DNA of 27,502 nucleotides from Chlamydiales bacterium. GTDB lineage: Bacteria; Chlamydiota; Chlamydiia; Chlamydiales; JBDQID01. Both the position numbers and the translations under genes were made by a program. This document shows, piece by piece, positions 15,391-22,752 of this stretch (within the stretch, counting starts at the first letter, position 1; every line of letters starts with the position of its first letter). The notes beneath the pieces were generated by a model. That model was not told the origin of the DNA. It was given only the letters and a program-made list of their open reading frames with translations, and did not search any database. The DNA lies in NCBI GenBank assembly GCA_047611865.1, contig JBLFWS010000028.1, forward strand, positions 1-27,502, given 5' to 3'.

Positions 15391-15642
15391 ATGAATCAGG
15401 ATGTCTTTGATGTAAAAAAGCGACATAGTGATGCTCTTTTTCGTTTACCAAACGTTGTAGGGCTTGGGGTAGGAAATAAGGTAGTCGATAACAAGCCGAC
15501 TCCAGATATCTCTATAAAAGTTTACGTTAGCAGCAAGGTTGAGAGAAATCAGCTATCGACTAAAGAGCTGGTACCTGAAAAATTGGACGGTTATCCAACG
15601 GATGTTGAGGAAAAGAAGGTCACTTCAAAACTCCAATGGTAA
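15391..15642 (+). CDS. Small protein resembling the N-terminal domain of Nal1-like serine proteases (standalone or truncated)
   Basis: LFRLPNVVGLGVGNK...IKVYVSSK...LVPEKLDGYPTDVEE; AGGTGG SD. Confidence 0.7.
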   Translation: MNQDVFDVKKRHSDALFRLPNVVGLGVGNKVVDNKPTPDISIKVYVSSKVERNQLSTKELVPEKLDGYPTDVEEKKVTSKLQW

Positions 15643-15812
15643 GCAACTTGCTAAATATCACATTAAGGCTGTGATTTTTAAATTACTAATGGCCTTTATT
15701 TTACCGCGTCAAATACAATTGCAATTACACAAGTACGCGATAGAATAAACTATCAGTTGATGCATAATAAACTTAACTGTATTATTAACTACTCAGTTAA
15801 TTACATTTAGTT

Positions 15813-16631
15813 ATGGTTATGTCAAAAAAATCCTTTTCATTAAGTAATACATTCTCTTCGGCTTGGACATGTTATAAAAGATTTTATATAAAAATAATTG
15901 GAGCCTTTTTTATAGCTTACCTTCTGCCAACAATTATCTTTTTAAACCCATTTGGATTAGTTCATTATCATCTTCCAGTTGAAGGGGAAGAATGGGTGTT
16001 TTATGGGCTAGCTTTTTTAAAATATTTTGCTTGTACCTATTTAACCTTAGGATATTCTAAGTTGCTAATACACTTAGAGAAGGGTGAAGACGTTCCATTT
16101 TCAACGATCTTTACGCAATGGCGATATCTATTTAAATACTGTATGTTGATGTTATTACCTATTATTATGTTCGGTATTTTACTTTTATTAAATATCTCAT
16201 TTGTGCATTTAATTTATCTCTTTCTTACAAATCTATTTGATATGTCGGCATCTACTGAAGAGATATCTAAATACTGTTCAATCTTTTTTATAATGCCTGC
16301 ATATATGTATTTAATGACTAGAATAATGCTTGTTAATGCAGTTTTATTAGATCAAAATCTTGGTCCTTTACAGTGTGTAAAAGAGAGTTTTAAGCTCTCT
16401 CAAGGTCAGGAGTGGGCCATATTAGTATTCTTTTTTGTATTAATTTATAAATATATCGGAGGAATACTGCTTGTTGTGGCAGGAATTTTTATAAAGTTTC
16501 TCTATTCAAATTTTGGGTTGATTTTATCTGGGACAGGTATTTTCGTTATACTTCCTCAGGCAATGTTGACGATGTTTTCCGTCTATAGGCAACTAAAAGA
16601 ATCCTCTGAAAGAATAGAAAATGCTTCTTAA
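15813..16631 (+). CDS. Integral membrane protein (DUF975-like)
   Basis: Multiple TM segments; FSSAW N-terminal and CVKESFKLSQG motifs; visibly AT-rich. Confidence 0.75.
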   Translation: MVMSKKSFSLSNTFSSAWTCYKRFYIKIIGAFFIAYLLPTIIFLNPFGLVHYHLPVEGEEWVFYGLAFLKYFACTYLTLGYSKLLIHLEKGEDVPFSTIFTQWRYLFKYCMLMLLPIIMFGILLLLNISFVHLIYLFLTNLFDMSASTEEISKYCSIFFIMPAYMYLMTRIMLVNAVLLDQNLGPLQCVKESFKLSQGQEWAILVFFFVLIYKYIGGILLVVAGIFIKFLYSNFGLILSGTGIFVILPQAMLTMFSVYRQLKESSERIENAS

Positions 16632-16727
16632 TTTCCGCCTTTGAAATTTTAAAGAATGGAACCTTGAATATATATACGATGAAATGGAAGAATGTCTCCT
16701 TCAGGAACCCCTAAGATAGTTTTTAAT

Positions 16728-17702
16728 ATGCGTGTAAAATTAAAACTCTTCTTTTTTCTTTTACTGCTTCCGGCAGTGATGGTTTCAAGTTGCCAATCTA
16801 AGTACAGCTATTTACCTCCTTTAATGGAGGTGCAGAAGTTAGAGCACGAGGAGTCTCTTGGTTCAGCGCCTATTTCTGTAGCGTTAGTTCTTGGTGGAGG
16901 GGGTGCTCGCGGTATGGCTCACCTTGGGGTAATTGAGGCCCTTGAGGAGGCTGGCATACAAATAGACCTGATTGTAGGTTGTAGTGCAGGGAGTATCGTT
17001 GGAGCTTTGTATGCTGATAATCCTGATTCAAAAAAGATAAGGGCCATCTTGGCGCCCTTGAACAAATGGGACCTACTGGATTATGACTTGCTTCAGTCGC
17101 AATATGGTATCGGAAAAGGAACATCAATTGCCAAGCTTCTTGAATCCAACCTTAGCGCTAAGAATTTTAAAGACCTGAAGATTCCCCTTGTAGTGGTGGC
17201 GACAGATTTGAAAACAGGTGAGTCTGTGGCTTTAGACAAAGGTTCTATAGAGACTGCTACCCGCGCCTCATCGGCAATTCCTGGATATTTTGAACCAATT
17301 GAAATTGATGGTCGAGTTCTTGTAGATGGTGCAGTTGTTAATCAGGTTCCCGTGGATGTTGCCCTTAGGTACAAGGCCGAAATGATTATTGCTGTGGATA
17401 TTAACGAAGTTCTTGCTCCAGAAATGCCCACCAATTTTTTAGGTGTAGCCAAGCGATGTATGGAAATAAAATTCTATCACCAAAACCAAAGCTGTTTGCA
17501 GGGTGCGGATTTTGTTATAAAGCCTGACGTTGGCCAGATAGGTACCTTCGATGACGGAGATAAGCACCTGATCTACGAGGCAGGTAAAATGGCTGCATTA
17601 AAAATGATTCCACAAATTACTGAGGCGAAGGCAATGCAGATACAGTTTCATCAAACCTGTGCGGGAATTACCTCCATCGCAGATGCGTCAGGAATTCACT
17701 AA
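16728..17702 (+). CDS. Patatin-like phospholipase with lipoprotein-type signal
   Basis: LVLGGGGARG, GCSAG nucleophile elbow, ASSAIPG, LVDGA; N-terminus MRVKLKLFFFLLLLPAVMVSSC. Alternative start at 16692. Confidence 0.92.
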   Translation: MRVKLKLFFFLLLLPAVMVSSCQSKYSYLPPLMEVQKLEHEESLGSAPISVALVLGGGGARGMAHLGVIEALEEAGIQIDLIVGCSAGSIVGALYADNPDSKKIRAILAPLNKWDLLDYDLLQSQYGIGKGTSIAKLLESNLSAKNFKDLKIPLVVVATDLKTGESVALDKGSIETATRASSAIPGYFEPIEIDGRVLVDGAVVNQVPVDVALRYKAEMIIAVDINEVLAPEMPTNFLGVAKRCMEIKFYHQNQSCLQGADFVIKPDVGQIGTFDDGDKHLIYEAGKMAALKMIPQITEAKAMQIQFHQTCAGITSIADASGIH

Positions 17703-17721
17703 AATCGCTACGATTTTCAAA

Positions 17722-19359
17722 TTAAGAAACTTCAAAGTCATGGCCCATTAGTGACAAACTGGTGCTGCCCCGAAAAGTATTTCTCGTTGCGGAAACAAGA
17801 AATAGTGCATTTGATGTTTCCATTAGCTCTTCGTGAACTTCGTTGAAAAACATGACCTTGTATGCCTCTCCAAATTCGCCCTGTATGGTAACAGCGGTAT
17901 GTCGAGGCTTTCCTGTGCTCTTGTCGTTGTAGAACTGGGTTTTAAGAATTTCTGCATCGACGCAAAATCGAGGTTCTTCAAACCCATGGCCAAAGGGCTT
18001 CAGGGCATCGAGAGAATCAGTTAATGACAGGTTCATTAAACTTTGAGGGAGGTGGCAGTCATAGGAGATCTGGCTTACCCAAAGCTCAGGAGAATTTTCT
18101 TTGATTTTTGAGGCATATTCCGTCATAAGTTTGCGAATATTTTCTTCTTCACTTTCCTCGAAGGTGTAACCGCCAGCAGCTTTATGGCCACCATATTTTA
18201 AAAAATGTTGATCGGCGGCACCCATGCACTTGGTTACGTCAAAGTTGGGGATGGAGCGTGCAGAACCTTTACATTGGCCATCTTTCTTTTGGAAGAGCCA
18301 GACGGGGCACCAAAATTCTTCGGCTATTTTACTTGCGGCTATGCCTACGACTCCAGGGTGCCAATCTCCTCCAAGGAAAAGGATGGGTGAGTCAGGGGAT
18401 TCCAAGGCTTTCTTGCGAGCTTCTTTTACAATTTTGTCTTGTAAGAGTTTACGTTTCTCATTGCATTTTTCCATGAAATTGATGAGCTGATCGGGGTTTT
18501 CATGGACAAAGGCTTGAATCACATAATCGGCATGTTCCAAGCGGCCTACGGCATTGATTCTAGGCCCTAGACGGAAGCCTACATCTTTTTCATCAATACC
18601 TTTTAGCGCCGAGCAGGCTTCTCGCAGTTTCTTGAGGACGGGTCTTTGGCTTCTCATAACGGCTGCGACACCCATCTTTGCTAATTTGTGGTTCACACCA
18701 TTGAGGGGGACGATATCACAGATTGTAGCCATTCCTGTTAATGCCAGGATATCAGTCCAAACACTTGGTGGGATGGAGAAATCCATTCCGAGCTTGCGAA
18801 GTAAAACAAAAGTGATACCGCATCCACAAAGTTCCTGATAGTTTTCGTCAGGGTGAAATTTTGGATTCAAAATGATACAGTCAGGCATCTTATCGGGTTG
18901 AATGGAGTGGTGGTCTGTGCAAATGAATTTAACACCTCTTTCGATGCAGTAAGCAGCCTCAGCATTTGCAGTGATACCGGTATCCATCGTGATGATGAGC
19001 TCAACCTTTTCCTCGTCGATCAAGAGTTTCATAGCGTCGAGATTAAGTCCGTAGCCTTCTTTAAAACGACAGGGGATGTAGTGGGTGTAGTTATCGAAAC
19101 CTATTGCTTGAAAAAACCATATCCAGGAAACGCAGCTCATTGTTCCGTCGACGTCATAGTCGGAATATAGGCCTATGCGTTGATTCGTTCTTATGGCTTC
19201 TGAAACAGCTTCGATCACTTGTAGAAGGCCGTGGTCACCATAATCGAGTGTGTCGACTCCTTGAAAGCCGCGATTTCTTTCTAATATAGACTTTAAGGCA
19301 TCAAAGTCTTTGGGGTCCTCAAGGGACATGCCCTTCCATTCTCTAAATTTATTGCCCAA
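17722..19359 (-). CDS. recJ: Single-stranded-DNA-specific exonuclease RecJ
   Basis: DYDVDG, PCRFKEGYGL, MDTG, TDHH, LCGCG, ATICDIVPL, GPRINAVGRL, HPGVVGIAASK, GSARS, YGGHKAAGG, LKPFG. Confidence 0.93.
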   Translation of the reverse strand: MGNKFREWKGMSLEDPKDFDALKSILERNRGFQGVDTLDYGDHGLLQVIEAVSEAIRTNQRIGLYSDYDVDGTMSCVSWIWFFQAIGFDNYTHYIPCRFKEGYGLNLDAMKLLIDEEKVELIITMDTGITANAEAAYCIERGVKFICTDHHSIQPDKMPDCIILNPKFHPDENYQELCGCGITFVLLRKLGMDFSIPPSVWTDILALTGMATICDIVPLNGVNHKLAKMGVAAVMRSQRPVLKKLREACSALKGIDEKDVGFRLGPRINAVGRLEHADYVIQAFVHENPDQLINFMEKCNEKRKLLQDKIVKEARKKALESPDSPILFLGGDWHPGVVGIAASKIAEEFWCPVWLFQKKDGQCKGSARSIPNFDVTKCMGAADQHFLKYGGHKAAGGYTFEESEEENIRKLMTEYASKIKENSPELWVSQISYDCHLPQSLMNLSLTDSLDALKPFGHGFEEPRFCVDAEILKTQFYNDKSTGKPRHTAVTIQGEFGEAYKVMFFNEVHEELMETSNALFLVSATRNTFRGSTSLSLMGHDFEVS

Positions 19360-19448
19360 AGTTCTATCTCCTTATTTTGATGAAGAGTAATGCTACAAAC
19401 TTTGGTAATTATTTGCTATCGTGGGGAAAACAGTTTACAGGTAGGTGC

Positions 19449-20183
19449 ATGGAAAACGTCTTGTTTGAAAGCTTTTTCGAAGGGAAACATATAGAAGTCA
19501 TAGAAAAAAATGGCATACGTAGCTTGCAATCTGACCGTAAGATAGTTCACAGTCGTATAGATCTTAATGATCCGGAAGCTCTTATCAGCCCCTATCAACA
19601 GCAGATGATGCTGGGGATGGTTCTCTCCTTGGGTGCAGAATCTGTACTTCATTTGGGTTTGGGAGGTGGGTGCATGGTTAGCTTTATACACAAGTATTTC
19701 CCCCTCATCCATCAGGTGGTAACAGAGAAGAGTCAAACGGTTGTGGCTCTTGCAAGGGAATATTTTTATTTGCCAGAAAGCCCCTCTATTCAAATTATCC
19801 TGAATGACTCCACAGACACAGGCCCTATATCTTATCGCTCTTATGACCTGATTTTTTTAGACCTTTGCGACTCAGAGGGACCCATTCCTACTTTTCAGAT
19901 TATTCCGTATCTTGAAAAGCTTAAAGGTCTCTTAATGCCTGGAGGGTGGATTGTCGCTAACTCCTGGAAAGAAGGCTTGGCGCTACAAGGTCAGCTGAAG
20001 GAGTGGCAGCAGCTTTTTGCAAAGGTTTATTATGTAGAGGGTCTTGGGGAATCGTCTGTGATTTTTGCTTCACAGGAACAAGAGGTGCTTCTTACTGTGG
20101 GCTACCCTGAAATTGCAGCCAGGATGGCGAAAGCTATCCCGCTGGATTTTAAGACTTTTTTGTCTGCGCTTCAATCCATCTGA
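19449..20183 (+). CDS. Spermidine synthase-like class I SAM-dependent methyltransferase
   Basis: VLHLGLGGG SAM-binding motif, AREYF, YDLIFLD, LMPGGWIVAN. ATG at 19449 has an AGGT SD. Confidence 0.85.
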   Translation: MENVLFESFFEGKHIEVIEKNGIRSLQSDRKIVHSRIDLNDPEALISPYQQQMMLGMVLSLGAESVLHLGLGGGCMVSFIHKYFPLIHQVVTEKSQTVVALAREYFYLPESPSIQIILNDSTDTGPISYRSYDLIFLDLCDSEGPIPTFQIIPYLEKLKGLLMPGGWIVANSWKEGLALQGQLKEWQQLFAKVYYVEGLGESSVIFASQEQEVLLTVGYPEIAARMAKAIPLDFKTFLSALQSI

Positions 20184-20490
20184 TAATATCTTCCGATTCA
20201 TACATGGCTTTTCCATCAATTACCAGGCAAGGCACCTGACCTTTTCCCCCAATATTTATAAGTTCCTGACGATAAGGGGCGCTTGTGAAGAGGTCTTTCA
20301 TAGGAAGGGAGAGCCCTTCTTGTTCTAAGTACCGGAGTACTCTTACGCAATAGGGACAAGTGGGGGTATAATATAAAGTTAGATCAAGCTTATTTAGGGA
20401 GGCTTGCTTTTCGGGAGAGGGTTCTACATTTTGCTTCTTATCGCCATTAGACGGGGAGAAAAAAGAGAATAAATCATCAAGTATGCTCAT
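20149..20490 (-). CDS. Glutaredoxin family protein
   Basis: LYYTPTCPYC, GGKGQVPCLVIDG...MYESEDII. ATG at 20490 is the likely start. Confidence 0.9.
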   Translation of the reverse strand: MSILDDLFSFFSPSNGDKKQNVEPSPEKQASLNKLDLTLYYTPTCPYCVRVLRYLEQEGLSLPMKDLFTSAPYRQELINIGGKGQVPCLVIDGKAMYESEDIIRWIEAQTKKS

Positions 20491-20506
20491 AGATATCCGT
20501 ATTTGT

Positions 20507-20544
20507 CGTTTTACCCGGATTATATCATATCCCCGGGTAAAACG
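20507..20544. terminator. Hairpin downstream of the symporter gene (possible terminator or attenuator)
   Basis: CGTTTTACCCGG ... CCGGGTAAAACG, a 12-bp inverted repeat. Confidence 0.5.
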
Positions 20545-20560
20545 GCTATTTTGATTTGGA

Positions 20561-21811
20561 TTAGGCGGAGACTTTTTCCAGATCGAGGTCAACACCAGGA
20601 TAAAGGTCTTTTTCCTCTAATTCTAACTCTTTGTCGATGATGACGGCTATTGTGGAGTCAGACCACACATTCAGTGCTGTTTCGACCATGTCGAATACGC
20701 CGTATAGGGGGAGGATGACCCCTAGGATATTCAAGGGTACACCCATGCCCACTAAAAAAGCGCTGCTGAGAAAGTAGCAACCCATGGGAACGCCGGCGTT
20801 TCCGATGGCGGCTAATGTAGAAAGAAAGATCCAGCCGATCATCTCGGTAATTGAAAAAGTGATTCCGTTGCTGACAGCCACGAAAAGCACTGTCGTGAAG
20901 ATAAAGCTCGCGCAACCATTCATGTTAATGACAGAACACATGGGGAAGCTAACTTTGGAGACACGTGGGGAAATTTTAAGCTTCTCCTCAGCACATTGCA
21001 TAGCAATGGGTAAGGCAGCATTTGAGCTTTTGGTGAAAAATGCAGTAATTAGTGCCGGGGCCATAGCTTTGGCTACAGGGAGGGGGGAGATTTTCTTCCA
21101 CTTTAGTAGGGCTGGCAAAACAAGGAATCCTTGGATGATGTTGGATCCAAGTACACAGAGGGCGTAAAGAGCTAGATTGCCGAGCTCGGCTTCACCTTGT
21201 TTAATTTCTTGAACAAAGATTACGCTGAAACCCCAAATGGCCACTGGCATGGCGTATACCAGGGTTTCTGTCGCTTTTAGGATAAGGGAGAAAAAACTGG
21301 AGAATAGCAAGTGAAGGCTATCCTTGTTTTCTTTTTTTAGTTGTAAAGAGGTCAGGCCGGTTACTCCACCTAAAAAGGCAACAGCCAGGATATTGTTCTC
21401 CAAGAAAGGCTTGATCAAATTATCAGGGATGGCCTGCATGAGGAAGAAGAGGTAGCTGCCAGAGGCTGTCTTTGCCAGAGGGGCCATAGTGCTTGTAAGG
21501 GCAAAATTGGCAGGGTCTATTAAGAGGAATAGAATGAGGGAAATAGTGGAGGCGCAGAGAGTGGTGGAAAGGGTGTAGAAGAGGATTCTTCTTCCGAGTG
21601 TTCGGATTTCCTCAAAGCTTTTCATCCCGGATATGCTGGAGGCTAGGGAAAAGAAAATAATCGGTGGGGCGATGAGCCTGAAGAGCTTGAGGAAGATCTC
21701 TGTTATGATCTCAGCAGCAGAAAGGAAGGGGGCAAATTCAGTATATCCAGAGGCAAGCCCCAGGAAAATGGCAAGAAATGTAAGGATGTGAACTAATATT
21801 TTATCTTTCAT
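20561..21811 (-). CDS. Dicarboxylate/amino acid:cation symporter (DAACS/SDF family)
   Basis: IFLKLFRLIAPPIIF, IPDN, AFFTKSSNAALP, INMNG, AIGNAGVP, DMVETALNVWSD. Confidence 0.94.
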   Translation of the reverse strand: MKDKILVHILTFLAIFLGLASGYTEFAPFLSAAEIITEIFLKLFRLIAPPIIFFSLASSISGMKSFEEIRTLGRRILFYTLSTTLCASTISLILFLLIDPANFALTSTMAPLAKTASGSYLFFLMQAIPDNLIKPFLENNILAVAFLGGVTGLTSLQLKKENKDSLHLLFSSFFSLILKATETLVYAMPVAIWGFSVIFVQEIKQGEAELGNLALYALCVLGSNIIQGFLVLPALLKWKKISPLPVAKAMAPALITAFFTKSSNAALPIAMQCAEEKLKISPRVSKVSFPMCSVINMNGCASFIFTTVLFVAVSNGITFSITEMIGWIFLSTLAAIGNAGVPMGCYFLSSAFLVGMGVPLNILGVILPLYGVFDMVETALNVWSDSTIAVIIDKELELEEKDLYPGVDLDLEKVSA

Positions 21812-22074
21812 GATTCCGTCTCAATAAAGGTTTTTCAATTAATTTATATGATTATAGAACTGTGTAATATTGTTAGGCGCAACAACAGTAAAAGATAAGA
21901 TAGTGACTAAATCTGGATAATTTAACGTTCATATCTAAGATAATACAATAAAAACCAATAAAAAGTATATATAAAATTAAGACGTGGTAAAGGTGATGAA
22001 GAAAAATAGTACAACAATTTTTTTAACAAAAAACTAGTCCCTGCTAGTTTTTCGCAAAAAAAAAAGGGGGAGAA

Positions 22075-22722
22075 ATGACGGTTTCTTTACCGGGAAAGGC
22101 CACAATTTACAAGCCTGATGAGTTGTATCGACTGGAGGATGGGAGCTGTGTCATTTGCTTGTTGCCTCTTAGAGAAGGAGATCAGAGGGTGATTTCTTTG
22201 GCTTGTAGTCATTTTTATCATTTAAACTGCCTTAAAGGTTGGGCAAAGGCTGAGTCGGATAGAATTACAGCATCACAGAATAAGCAGTCTTCAGGGCTTA
22301 GCTGTCCATTGTGTCGGGATACAAAAGGCCTGTCCGGAAGACAGTTTAGTAATTTTACAAGGCGGCATAGGTGGGAGCGCAGCTTGAAGCGGATAGGGGC
22401 ATGTACGGCTTATCTTTTGTTACATGTTGCAGAATTAGGGACTGTAGCCCTTGGGTCAGAGAGGCTGATTACATATCCTTCCAGAGCTAAAGTTGAGGAA
22501 GGTGATTATGAAGAGGAATTGGCCCGCTTGGGTGGGGTCTTTTTAGGGCTGGCTTACCTGGCACTATACTTGTTTCAAATAATTAAGAGAATTGAAGAAG
22601 AAGATCGGCCATTACCACCCATTGTACACTATAGTCAGGAGCTGTGTGAGGGAGTAAGGGACTGCTTTGAGAAATCTGTAGCTAGAGTTCATACCCAAGA
22701 GTCTAGGGTTGAAGAGGTATAA
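22075..22722 (+). CDS. RING-H2 zinc-finger protein with two hydrophobic segments (putative E3 ligase effector)
   Basis: CVIC-x15-CSHFYHLNCLKGW-...-CPLCR; hydrophobic stretches IGACTAYLLLHVAELGTVALG and LGGVFLGLAYLALYLFQII; GGGGG SD. Confidence 0.9.
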   Translation: MTVSLPGKATIYKPDELYRLEDGSCVICLLPLREGDQRVISLACSHFYHLNCLKGWAKAESDRITASQNKQSSGLSCPLCRDTKGLSGRQFSNFTRRHRWERSLKRIGACTAYLLLHVAELGTVALGSERLITYPSRAKVEEGDYEEELARLGGVFLGLAYLALYLFQIIKRIEEEDRPLPPIVHYSQELCEGVRDCFEKSVARVHTQESRVEEV

Positions 22723-22752
22723 TTTTACGGTTTAGGGCAAACTTTTTCTTCT

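Noticed and set aside
17833..19289. Several plus-strand ORFs inside recJ (also those antisense to the hybrid kinase, symporter, monooxygenase, RING and transposase genes)
   Set aside because: Antisense or alternative-frame shadows of well-supported genes with no recognisable motifs.
22056..22070. A10-G5 tract before the RING gene as a phase-variation site
   Set aside because: A-runs are common in this AT-rich DNA, the tract is upstream of the SD and outside the CDS, and length variation cannot be seen from one sequence.
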